Shown here piece after piece: positions 40,254-54,200 of a stretch of DNA of 64,000 bases; the stretch's first letter is position 1, and every line of letters begins with the position of its first letter. The stretch comes from Obrimoposthia wandeli (lineage: Eukaryota): the NCBI GenBank assembly GCA_977020255.1, contig CDROCS010005585.1:124001-188000 (forward strand), written 5' to 3'. A program made the position numbers and the translations under genes. The notes beneath the pieces are model-generated. The model did not search any database. It had not been told where the DNA came from and saw only the letters and a list, made by a program, of their open reading frames with translations.

Positions 40254-42229
40254 CTGGAAGGAATTTGACAATGCCGATGTTAGTTGAACATTTTTGAAAA
40301 TCTTTTATAAAAGACCCAATATATATCTATGTAGTTAATATAAATAATTTATACATATTTTAAATAAAATATGAATGATTAAATTTTTACATATATTTTG
40401 CCCATAAATATTTAGTGGGTTGTTTTATTTCAACTATTACATTAATATATTGCAAACATTTCATATTTCATGCCCGAGTTATAAAATTGAACTTTCTCTC
40501 TAAAATATGGTCGGATTTATAAATTTTTACTACTTTTTATTTTTTCCCTTTAAAGAAAAAGCGTATTTTTAGTTTAAATGTGTTATCTTAATATGAAAAT
40601 GTTATTAACAAAAAATTTAGTTATAACAATTAATTAATAGTTATGATGTGTTACGAAAACATGAAGAGCTTGTTTTGGTGTCTTGCTGTTTATAACGATT
40701 TAATTATTTTACTAAGTCGTATAAATGACCCTGACTTATCAATAATGGTTCTCTAGAATTAAATATTTCATAATCTGTTTCCGTTTTAACATTTTCTATA
40801 ATAATATCTTCAATATCTAACAAAGACATAAAATCTTTTTTCTCATGATGCTGCATTAAAAGTATTTTGATCGTAACTAGGAAGCAAAACTATCCTTAAA
40901 ATCTTCATTAGAGTGAAACTTTTCATATTGTGTATTTATTTATTATTGTCTTTAATCAAAAATAAATAACTTTAACACTCGTTTTTGGTAACATTCCAAC
41001 AACAAAAAATTTATCCCATATTTGAATTGACGATATCGTTCTTTTTTAATTTTTTGTTATCAAATGATGAAATAGATTTTGTTGCCGAAATGCGTAAATT
41101 TGTACGACATTTTAGATATAATTAAGTTCTTTAACAGGGTTAATATTAAATATTTTAAAATTTTAAAATCAAAATACACCTTTAAGAAAATTACCATGAT
41201 GTATACCACCGCTAAAGTAGTTTATTGGAGCAGTGCAGTACTGTTTACTAAATTGCTAAAACCAAGCCCAACCTATGCTGATATACTTTGATCTAGTCCG
41301 ATCAATTCAGCGCGTTACTTATCGTTATCACTGTAAGACCAACACATCTGTTTATTGCCAAAATCTGTTTTGGCCTGTCAAACCGAGTTTTTTCTTTCGA
41401 TTCACCGAAGCAGATTGCAGACGAACCATCTTAGTTAAGTAAACAAACACACACTGATAATTAATATAATATCAACATGATTAATCTATGCAACATGCTT
41501 CTAAGGTTGTCAACATTGAACACATTTTACAGTTTAGAGGCATCATAAGCTCTCTTAATTTAATATTAATTTAATCACATATTCTTGAGCTCAATTTAAT
41601 GATAAAGATTTTCCCAGGTGTGCTGATTGTTATCATTAATAATCCACAAACAAAATTGATGTCTCTGATCTGAATCTTTTTCTCCGAGTTCTTGATTTCA
41701 GTATTCTATTAGCTGTACGTGGAGAAATTTCAAGGTTATGTGCAATTTCTCCTAAGGTTGCATAGATAGTTACTCCATAAACATTTATCCTCTCTGTTTC
41801 TCTCGTCAGTTGGTCTACCAAATTTATGTTTTGGTTTCCCACTTCTTCCAATGTTGTGGTCATCCCTTGTGGTAAAATTATGTTAATATTTTCTAGAAAT
41901 TCTTACCATGCTCGTGTGCAACTAACAGAAAACAAAGTGTAACTCGTAATAACAACTTCATCTTGATAAATCCGACATTGTGACTATTAAATTGACGTCT
42001 TAGGCATTAAATTATATAAAATCGATATGAAATCAATATTCTTTTTTCAAATATTCTCAATGCATACTATCGTAAAGACAATGACCTATGAAACACTTGA
42101 TATGTATGTATTTATTTGTTTAAATGCTAAAAAGTATTTTAGTCAATTATTTTTAACACTTTTTACAGAATTTAATTAAAAATATATTCCATAGAAGACT
42201 TGTACAAAATATAAATCTATCTCCAACAG

Positions 42230-42275
<46 letters not shown>

Positions 42276-45200
42276 TAAACTGGGATGTTACTATGGAGTA
42301 AATGAACACCTGCGAAGAATAAGTGGACTTAAACATAGAACATTTTAAAGAAGCCATTGTAAATAAAAGAACTGAAACATTAAACATTTACGTTTTAGTA
42401 TAATTTTCGAAATCTCGCATATATCGAGATTAACATTTGTATGCCAAAACATAACATAAAACCAGGATTTGTTCATGAAAGAAAACTTATTTTTGTGTCA
42501 AATAATGAGTTCAATGAGTACACAATTGATGCTGGGTTTGTAACAATTTAACGGAAGTTTAGATAATTTCTAAAATTGAATTTATTAGGATTTCTTTTAG
42601 ATTTGATTGCAGTTTTCTATTTTCCTTATATGTTTTTATGGGTGATGGAAATTCTTTAATTGTCAATCCTTTGTCAATCTCTGTTCATATTCAACCCGAA
42701 TGATATTTTATCTTCTTATACTATACTACATTCTCTATACCTTGTTCTCTTTGTGTTGGTTTATTTTTATTGTATTTAATAAGGTTTTCACAGTAATATG
42801 TAGGATTCCAATAAGCGTTATCTTATTTTATCTCTTTGGGAGAAATTTCCTTAATTTGGAAACCGATTCGTCAGTGGAAAATGGGATTGGGCCGGGAGGT
42901 TAAAACAATTGACTAAGATCATTGGCGTCTTGAGGTAAGAGTCAGACATTTGCAACCCCGTATGACAAAAGATTACATCGAGACGTGACCGTATTCCATA
43001 GCTGGCCTCCGCCGGATTGCTAGAAGAAATACAATAAGCATTCTTCACAAGTCTATTTGAAAACTTGTTCAGTCAAAAGAATATTTTGGTCAGACCTGAA
43101 TGCGAGTGGTAATTCTCACTGGATACGAGTCATCACAAGAAAGACACTCATTGTACCCATTTAAAGCTTGATAATCAACTGGGATGTTACATTCCCAGTA
43201 TATATAATCATTTAATTTACCAGATACAACTAAACACAAACTATTCTGTTTCAACCCTCATCCACAGTTTTTCATAAATCAATAACGAAATAAAGTTTTT
43301 TTTTAAATTGGTAAATAAATATATTATGCTTTTGTATTTATTTCGGTAATATATGTATTAGAAACACTAATTATTTTCCTGGAGTCTAGATGCAGATTTA
43401 ATTTTAAAATGGTTAAAATATTTGTATACTTCATATAGAAGTTATTTGAATATTAAATTTACTCACCTCGAATTTCATGCAGTGTAGAGTAGGTGCGAAT
43501 TGAAGCTTCTTTCGTAAAGCATTCTGCACTTGGGAGCCCTAGAAATGCATCAAAAAACACAAAATAAGGAAAAATAGAATTATTTACAAAAAAATGTTTT
43601 CAATAAAATTACCAAAAATATCTCCCTTATATTACATTCTTTTATTAAATGTTAATAAACTTTGAAGAAATCGTTCACTGAAGTTTCATTTAGTTTATTA
43701 ATTATTGAAATTATTATATTCGAGAGTTTAAATTATCTCAGAAATTTCCCTAGAAGTTATATTTTTGATATTGATTTATAAAATTTGTTTAATAATAAAC
43801 GTTTATAGGAATGTGAAATGTTGGCAATTAAGAAACTATATGAAGAAGGAAAACTTTTAATTATATTATAGAGAAGAAGACTTTCTTAATTCGCCAAATA
43901 ATTATGGAAAATATCAGAAAAAGTGTGGACGTGGCTAGGCAAATATTAGTATTCCTAAATAAAATTTAAATTATAAATGTATGTAGCTGTATCATTGCGT
44001 AAGTATTAGACTCCATTTATTACACAAATACATGTATTTTCTCACAGTAGATAAAAATGACACGTAGTTGATAAATGAGAATTTTCTGATAATACATCTC
44101 TTAGACTTAACATGGTGACCACGCAAAAAGAGCCATGGAAGTATAGAGGAGCTCGTGAAATTTATCTTACGATTAAAGGAATTTAATCAAAACGAAGATG
44201 TAAAAAAAATTGTCAAGGATCAAATCTTACTTTGAAATGATTTCTTATGATATTCAGGCTTTTCTAGACAAAGAGAGTCGTGGCATTTACGACAAAACAG
44301 ACAACAAGAAGACCTACAAAAATAGATGAAAAGTGCTTTTCAGAAAACAAAGCTGACTTAACAGAAGACCTTCGCCTCCATTTAGAAAGATCTAATCTTG
44401 ACGCATCCACCCTTTATTTTGTCAAGTAACACAGACACATTTTTAAATGGGAAAATATTTATTAATATTAAAAAGGGGAAAAAACGTATTTGACGGAATA
44501 ATAACAAGGTTTTAACATTTATATTTCATATTCATTTCTAATGTGATGGATGTGCTTGTTTATTAGCACAAGGTTTTTGAAATCTAGGTGTTTTTGGGAA
44601 GAGTGCTAGTCAAGGCTCTTTTTCCACTACTAAACATATTTGTCTAAAATTTATCTACATTTTTTTATTTGTATACGTTATAAAAATTGCATGTATATTT
44701 AAATTTCCGCGCCTCATTTTGCACTAGTACGCGCCTCCCCAAAGAGACAAGCCTCCCAGTTTGGAAATTACTGCCTTAAATTATAATAAAAGTGAAAACT
44801 CAGTCAACATACACATTCAACCTATAGAGAAAAATGTTGAAAATGCGATGCAGCATTGAAACTAACATAATTCATCTTAAGGTACCCTTTTGGATGATCA
44901 AATAATGACTGAAAAAGATTAACCAAGCCTAACACTGATTTGAAACTCAACAAAGAGGACCAACGCTTACCAAATAGATGAAATAGGTATTAGAAAAATG
45001 AGAAGAACTAAATAAGTCCAATATAAGAGATAAAACAGTATGTTCTGATAACAGAAAATCACATACAACAGTACCTCAAAATCGAGGAACAACATTGCAA
45101 TCCCAAATAAGACAGAAGCCAACATATAGTCAATTTCAGAGAAGTTATGAAAGACAATCAATGGACTTAGGTAGTGCGTATTATCAAGTTGAATTAGAAG

Positions 45201-48200
45201 AAGTTTATATAATATTGCTTTAGAAGAATGTCTTGGAATAGCAGCAGCTCCTTCGACATTTCAAAAATTAATGAGTGTAATATTAAAATATATGATTTGG
45301 AATGAAGCTTTAGTTTATCAAGATGATATTTTAATTTTTCTAAAACTATTGAAGAACAAAAAATAAAATTGTAAAAAAGATTTGAAAGAATAAACGAGTC
45401 TGGACTTAGAATTAATCCAGAAACATGTAAATTTTGTGTTGATGAGCTGAGGTTTCTCGGATATATAATTCATATAGAAGGAATAAGACTGATCAGATAA
45501 ATATAAAGTCATTAGTTGAATTTAAGGAACCGACACGTGTGAAACATTTAAGAAGCTTTCTGGGTCTTTCAAATTTAAGGGAATTTATTCAAACATATTT
45601 GAGGTTATCCAGGAGGATTAGAAAGTTTGACTACAACCTCAGAGAAAATAATTAAATTAAATGAAAAGTGTGAATACGCTTTTAATAATTTGAAACTAAA
45701 GGTGTTCAGTTCATTCAAATTTGCAAAATAGAAAGAGTTATTGCATATGGATCGAAGAGCAAGAAATTGGTTATTGTATAACTCGAGAAAAGCTTTGATA
45801 ATGTTTCATTCTATTCAACATTTTAAACATTAGTTGTATGAGAAGAAATTGCTACTATCAACAAAATTGGATAATTTTTTAAGTAGTCTTGGTATTAGAT
45901 TGAAGTACTGGAAGATAGATTTACATGAAAATTTTGATTCCGTCTCACGTGTGAATAAATATACTTGTAAACAATGTAATTTAACATATAATGACCCAAA
46001 CTTGAGGAAACTAAAGACGAGAAATTTATCAGAAGTGTCAAAGAATCATGATTTATAAAATATTCAAATGAAGTAACTAATATTAATAGACAAGTCTAAA
46101 ACAATGCAGATATGTTAGTATTATTTTAACAATGGGAAATATACATTCTTTTAGAAAATAAGTCAGCTTTGTTTTAGAATTACACAAACATTTATGCCAT
46201 GCCGGTTTAAAGAAAGTAATAAGTCATATTAAAACTAGTTTTTATATGAAAGACATAGGAATGATGACTAACGAGATTATTAAAACATTATATAGTCTCC
46301 GAATTTCTACTCATAGATTTATTATATAATTGCGCTATATTAAACATATTGCTGTTATTGTTTAACTAAGTATTACAATAATTAATTTTCATAACACTGA
46401 ACTTCAAAGCAATTACCGTATACATTCTTGAATTATCTGGAACAATATTAGCGTCTCGGAAAAGTCTTAAATGAGAAAAAAAGTTAATATATTATATTTT
46501 GATATATATTTTTACTCAAGTAGAGTACATGTTGTAAACTAGAAAATAGCAAAATAAAAATAAAAGAGATTTTTAGATATCTGTTTCTCTATATGTATTA
46601 AATCTTTTTGACACTTTTTTTCGTTTTTGAAAGAAATGACCTTTTGATGACCTCTTTGAACTACTTTAAATATATATATATGTGTGTATTAGATTCACTT
46701 AAAAGTGAAATTGATTAAAAACTAAACGTTTGTAAATTTGATTGATTGAATTTCGTACATTAAACTGTAATGATCATTTGATAATACTTATTAATCAAAA
46801 GAGAACTCTAATTCAATTAAGGGTTATTAAAGATCAGTAATTCAGTTTGACGTTCATTAAAATTGCTGAGTAGGTGGATATGCTGGGAGTGAAAATTTGT
46901 GTTTGTAAGTAAACTGTAAATTCATGTTTATGATCTTAATGTTTGTAAATATAATAATGTTTACATATCAAAATATTTTAAATTTGTTATTTTTCCTTCA
47001 GGTTATTTTTCAGTATTTTTTGTATGCACTTTTTCTAGTAAATTGGGGTGTAAAACACCATTGAATGAAATAAATATATAATTTGTAATTAATATCAACA
47101 CCATACAATCGATCCCAGTGTCGACAAATGTAAGAATGCATGTTTGAACTAGAACTTTTTCCAGCACTTAGATATTTGAAGTTTACACCGATATGCAAAA
47201 ACGATTTTTCCAGTGGCAAATATTGGATTCAGAAATTTAAAAATTTCGTACTCCGTTGTATTGATTTTACAAATACATTTTATATCATTTTATATCAGCT
47301 ATAAACAGATCCATTTTAAATAATAATTTTTAATAAGTAATGCTACAAAGACAGTTAATGAGATACAACATCTTGTTCACGAATTATTTTCTAGCAGAAT
47401 TAAAGGAAAACTAATTTTATATGACTTATAAAATAATGATCTTACGAGAGATATTATTGAAATATTGGTAAGATCACATGTTGTACCATCAGCTGCCAAT
47501 AAACTGCTTCTGTGCAGTTGAAAAGCATGACCACTAAATTTCACTCTAGACACACATACACGGTTCTAAAGGATATAGACTTGTTTGTCCCCGGGATATA
47601 TACCTACTCGGTATTTAGCTTTTGCATGAACCTACCTCAAAGTGTTTGTATAACCTTTCGGAAAGCAACCTGTGAAATTACGTAAAAATCAGACAGTCCC
47701 ATAGAAAATATAAAACAAAATAAGATTTATTTTAGTTAAACATTGAAATTACCCTTAATATACATGTTTATTTTCGGTTTATTTGTCTTGTCTTTTTTAT
47801 TTGTATTCTCTATATTTTCATAAACGTCAAAATTAAATAGAACTCGTTGTAAAGTTGTCAATTTTGAGCTATTAAACTAACAATAAATAAATTAATCTTA
47901 CTGATTCAAAGATGTTTTCTGTTTAAGGACCAGACTCTGATTGAAATAGCTCAGCTCGTCATGGACAACTGGATCAGTTACAGCACAACTTCCATGCTTT
48001 TTCCATTCATTTTTCCTGAATAAAAAAATAAATGTAGTTGCGATGAATAAAAATTAAATACTTTTTTCGATATAATTGTAGTGTTAAATTTAACGTTAAA
48101 TTTAAACAAAATATTAAAGAAAATCAAAAGTGTTTATTTATGTTGCCGACTAAATAAATATATACAAAATGGTAGAAGTGAAAAATCTGTGGTTTATTCA

Positions 48201-51200
48201 TGCTTAACTGCATTTTCTGTTTTGATTTGATATGAAAATAATGAGAATATACTGAAATGTTCGCACAGTAGTGACAAATAGAAACAATTTATAAATTATT
48301 CGAAGGTAAATTAAATTGTATACTTTACTCTAAAGTGTATTTTCCTTAATCCTTTTTATTAATTTAGATTCTAATAATGAATTAAATAAACAAAATTGCT
48401 TGCAAATTTATACGGAAAATATATAAAAAAAAGGTAAAAAATAGTAACGATTTTTTTACCAAAATTTACACACTAAAAAAAAAATTTAAATATTCAGACA
48501 ATTTAAATTTTAAAACATTTTTAAAAAGAAAATTTTTTTTTAATAATTTTTTAAAAAATTGTTACATGTTTTTTAAAAAACATTATTAATATAACTTAAG
48601 AGGAATAAATGTCTCACGATCGACCAAAAACTGTTTCGCGATCGACGGATTGAACACCCGGGATTTAGAAATTGAGCAAACAATCTTTCAATTTATTTTC
48701 TTTAAACAAGTATTTATTTAAAATTTCAGAATAGTTTGAAACAAAATTAAATTATGTAAGCTTTTTAATAAATGTATCATATTACTTTTAAATAAGTTTA
48801 TAATTTAAATACAAATTATAAGTTTTTTGTTAAAATTATTTTTGTATGTAAGTCGTAAATTATTTTTCTTCTAAATAATCGCAAATTAAATTAATAATAT
48901 AATTTCCAATGTAATTTAAAATTAAATTATATGAAACCATCTTTGTATTCTGAACAACCAATCATTAACTCATAATATTCTAATTAAATTTGATATAATT
49001 TGATATAATTTATATTTTAACCAAACGTTTAATGAACTTATGATAGTTTTTTCTGCTTTATTAGACACATTAAGAGTAAAATAAACTGTTTTTTTTGTAA
49101 ATTAAATATTCTTTGCCTTTAAAATCAATATCAATGATATTTTACATTATCTTTAAGTATGTCCAATAAGGATTCTTTTAAGTTTAACGTTTTTTTTAAA
49201 ATATTCTTTGAAATATTTCAAGTTTTACAAGAATCTTTAAAACATCTTAGTAATAAATAACGATGTTTGATGTAGATCTAGACCTAACCTGTTAACTACA
49301 AGTTGAGTCGAAATGAAATAGTACTTTTACTGAGCAATATTACAAAATATAACTTAAATAAAAATAACAATCGCTTTAACCTCTCTTCGTTCAATGGTGA
49401 GCCTGACTTGTCAATCATTTTTAATACCAATCTGCACAAAGTCGAGCTGAACTTGTCATGAGTTTTAAAGTACCTGAATCATGCAATTAGTAGGCATCCA
49501 AATTTTGGTTTGTTATGAATTTTAATTTCTTTGTTCCTAATAAACAACACTAATTCTCGAAAATATTAAAAAGTATGCATTTGAAAAATTAATTGAATTA
49601 AATTTTATGACAATGGCTTAAATTTGTAAATTTGATATTTTTTACATCGTTTTATATAATTTTTTTATTAAATTTTCACATTTTATATATGAAAAATATC
49701 AAAATATAAATATAATTTTATTTTTTAAATTATTGATTTATATACATGTTTGATAGTTTCGTAAAAAATGCATCAAGTATTAGTTAAATCATTAATATGA
49801 AAATATATTCCACATGATTGTTTAAAGTTAAACTTAATTCAATTAACGAATAATAAATACAATATGAACATCAGCTCAGTACTCTAAACAATTACACAGA
49901 ATAAACGAACAAAATTATACATTATTATTTAAGCCTATAACGATTTTTGTTTTAATTTCAACCTTTAATTTATATTATCAAATATATTTACACTTTAAAA
50001 TATATTTAAATTTTTGGTTTTAGGACAAATACACAAATGACTCATTTAGTGCATTGGTCGGTAAAATAAAATGTTTAATTCAAGAACTGATAAGGCGAGT
50101 GCATTAGTTTTATTGAGTTCGTGTAATAATATGTGGCCAAATTGTACACAAGTTGTGTAGAGAAGTTGATATGCATAATATTACTTTTTACATAAAAAAC
50201 TGTTATAAAAGCATGATTTTTATTTATTGTCAATCAATACAGATGCCTAGTCAAATCCATGTGAATCAGTCACTACGAGTGGAATGTGACTCGCCTGATA
50301 ACAGTGATGACGAAATTATAATCAACGTGAAAGACAAAATTTTAGATTTCAAATCAGCATTGGTTTACCACAATTGGCAAATAAGATCTTCTGAAAATCT
50401 GCTAAGAACGGAAATCCCGAAAATTTAGAAAGTGTGAAGTAATTTTTCATGAAATATCGGATAATTAGGCACCAACAATGGTACAGTTATCTCAATAATT
50501 ACTATACAACTTAGAAGGCATGGAAATATTTCAATCAAACATCTTTCCTGAAAAATGATTTAAAGTCCATTGAAAATATATCATGGGCAAAAATGCAGTC
50601 TTTAATTTTATTATGCATGACCTGTTTAACTGCATTGCTCAATCAGATTTTGACGACAAAAATGCTGGCAAAGTGAACTCTAGCTAAAGTAGGTTACTAT
50701 GATGACCTTCGCTGTGCGGAGTTGGTGGCCTTTGATATGTCAGGATTGAGGATGAAGTAATAACAATCTTCGTACAATAAAGCAAAACTGACCCATTATG
50801 AAATAAAAAAAATATATTTTGTTATTCCAAAGGGATCTACTATTAACAGAGCACCAGTATCAAGTGAGGCCTGTTGTTTAATCGTTGTAACGGAATACTA
50901 CTTGACTCTAACCAAATAATCGGTACGTTTTTCCCACAAAATTAACATGAAGTCAAAATCCTTTGCGGGATAATCTATGGGACACAGCACGAATGGAAAT
51001 CTTCGCAAGTATTTATACATATAGAATCAGTGAAATTTTACGCGTTCAACTCCAACGACACTTGTAGACTCGTGCATCAAAGACTAACTAACTTTCACTA
51101 CACTGCACAACAGTGTCATCTAGTAATTGCACATCAAATAGCACATATAATAAACTTATTCATATATGTAATGGTTCAAATATTAAGTAAAATAAAGCTT

Positions 51201-54200
51201 CATTCATTTTATTTCTGTTCTGTAAAAGAAAATAATTTTACATTTACTTTTTCAAACAGTGCAGGAATAATTAACTTCAGTATACGTAATGGTATTTACA
51301 GTGAGGGTAATCATGCGTGAAGACGCAGCTCTTTGTTAACATATGAAACAGATAAGCCAAATGTTTGGCTTACTATGCGTTGAGATAAATACGAATTATA
51401 TGCAAAGGCAGCAACACTTTCTATTCTTACTCATTGGAAGTCATATTTAAGACTTTTCCAGTTCCATACATTATGTGAAGGCAGTGATTGTTTGTTAGCC
51501 TATCACTATACATTCACATTGTTCCACACCATAATATATTACAGCAGTAAAACAACCGAAGATATTTCATCATGTTTAAATCACGGAATTTCATGATCTA
51601 TTTAAATTGATACAATAACATTAATTTTAAATATAATCTATTAAAACAATTTCTATTAAATTAGCAAGAAAGTCCCGTTGGTAGATCGAGAATCATTGTA
51701 TGCATAAAACTAAAATGTTTGGTCAAATCAGTCCACAGAAACAAGCTACCAAATCGCTTTAGTAGCACTGAATATTAAAGAATTGTTACATAAATTGGCA
51801 ATATGTTTTCTATTAAATTTAGTTATATTAAAGGCAATTAAAGCATCATATAGTCATTTTAAAAATATTGCATATCCTGCAAAATATTACTAACCAAAAT
51901 TCTTCTGGGGCGGTATATTTGAACAAATTGGCCCATTCTATTTGAAGTGTATTGTAGATGGGCTAAATGTCAATTTCAATAGTTTTATTAAGAGTTGTAA
52001 GTCTACAAATACCTTCAGTTTATTCACATCAAAGGCTGGCCCATTCCGGCAGTTTTCGGGACTTTTTCCTCTAAAATTGCTTGGCCTGTAATTATTATAG
52101 CACAGGTTTAATTTGAATACTTTTGATACTTGACTTCAATTTAAATCAATAATTTCTAAGAAAATTGACTTTTTTATGTTTGTAATTTTATGAATAATAA
52201 TAAAAATAAATGAATTACGTCAAAAATAATGTATAAATATTAAAAATACAGATCATCCTGCCGAGAGTTTTCTAAATGAAAACGCTTTGGACATGGTAAG
52301 CAAATTGGGACGATATACCGTGTGTCCGTAATGTCTTCAGCAAAATTATGTAAGCTTCAAAAAGTTTATTTTGAAATAAAATTTAATATAAAAACTGAAA
52401 ACATGTTTATTACGTAGTTGAATTTAGGTTATTGAAATATATTTTCGAAATGTTTTCCATCTTTAAGCAACCAACACTTTAAACGCCTAGGTGCCCTTTT
52501 GATAGATTTTGATGATTTTATTTTTTAGCTGAGTGTTGAGACTAGAGTTTTTTCCCTTCATGCAGCAGACAATTTGTCATGTAGTAACTATTACGAATCA
52601 TGCCTTATAATAAAAGTGTACACATTATATCAGTACTTGTATTTTTAATTATGTGTATATGCGTAAAAAGAGCAATTCAATATATTTGAAATGGAATTGT
52701 GAACTGTTTAAATTATTCTACTTCTCATTCAGTAATGTGGTTTTCACTGGTTTTCTAATCATTTACATTTCATAGTTCTATCACTTGATATCATAGCCAA
52801 AACTGTCAATCGAGCTGACTTATGCTCTCTAGAATCTATTAAATATATTATATTAATATTCTAATCATTACTTTGTTTCCTTGACAAAAATATATTTACA
52901 TATTTTTTATTTATATACGTTGTTATGAAAATTATATTTATGTTAAAATTTCCACGCCTCCTTTTGTAAGTATAAACATTCCTCCCAGTTTGGAAATTGC
53001 TACTCTAGGTGAAGAGTATCCTTATTATCACTGAAAACGATTATTTCTTTGGTCACTCTAACGAAATGTATACATAGTATTATCAAATATTTAGTATTTG
53101 CTAACATAACTAATGCATAAATAATACATCCTGGCCATTATTTTTCTTCAATATGCATGTAAACAGAAATATTTTAAAAAATTGCAATTACTGTAATAGA
53201 GGAAATTTCATAAACAACACAATCTTCTTAGCGTCTTGAGATCATCACTCTTCCGAGAATGAATTAAACTATAGGTCTCATAAATCATGGGCCAAGCGAT
53301 CTATCAATGAGCCACTGTGGTCTAAAGTCCTTTCCCAAAATTCTGATAAGAAAATGTGAATTGAAATTCAATATCTTTAATTGCAAGTAGACAAATTGTT
53401 TTTACGTCACGACAGGAAATTGATATTTCTAACAAATCGTCGTTGAATAATAACTGAAATCCTTACTCACCAAAGACCATGGATATTCCAGCCAGTCACA
53501 GATGCAGGGAAATGGCATCTCTGTAAAATTAAATAAAGCTGTTAAATTGTACAAACTAATTAGAAATTCGACAAGTAATTTTTTGTACATTTTTACATCA
53601 GTACTTAGAAAGTAATTATATAGAAAAGGGTGAAAATTATTAAAATGTCACGAGGTTTAAAATTAAACGAGGTTTTTGTCACAATTGCATAAAAAACTTT
53701 TATCCTTCATAATATCTTTTGAATATTAGATTCTCCAGCTGCAACTTGAGTTTTCGATCGTGTTACAGTTTCTTATATTCATCGGTCGCTTGTTGTAAAG
53801 TTTAGGAGCATAGATTTCAAATTTTCCATCACTCTGTTTTTTATTGTTGTTTTTTAAATTTTAACCAATCTGAAAATACCATCGTTGCTCCTAGGACGCA
53901 TATGTGTTGTATATTCTTACCACTTTATTAATTTGAAAGTTAATTGTAAAATTTTCATCGAAGATGCAATTAATGTTTTTTATTTTAATTTTTAATTTAA
54001 TAATATTTTCACCGACATGTATGAAACGTTTTTTTCTTCAATATTTTTTTACTCTTATTCATCTTCAATTGTCTTGATTTTTCTATATACCTGAATAGTC
54101 ATCATATAGTTATATTCTCAATTAAAAATGCGTGATCAAAACTATTTATGATGGTTTACAGAAAAATTAAACAATTGTTTTGGAAATTTTTATGCAAACA

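Noticed and set aside
47400-47690. Minus-strand frame with GIYPGDKQVY and in-frame TAGs, considered as RNase T2 exon 7 or as evidence of stop-codon reassignment
   Set aside because: A clean exon 7 exists at 46465-46417, and verified genes end with ordinary TGA/TAG; probably TE debris.
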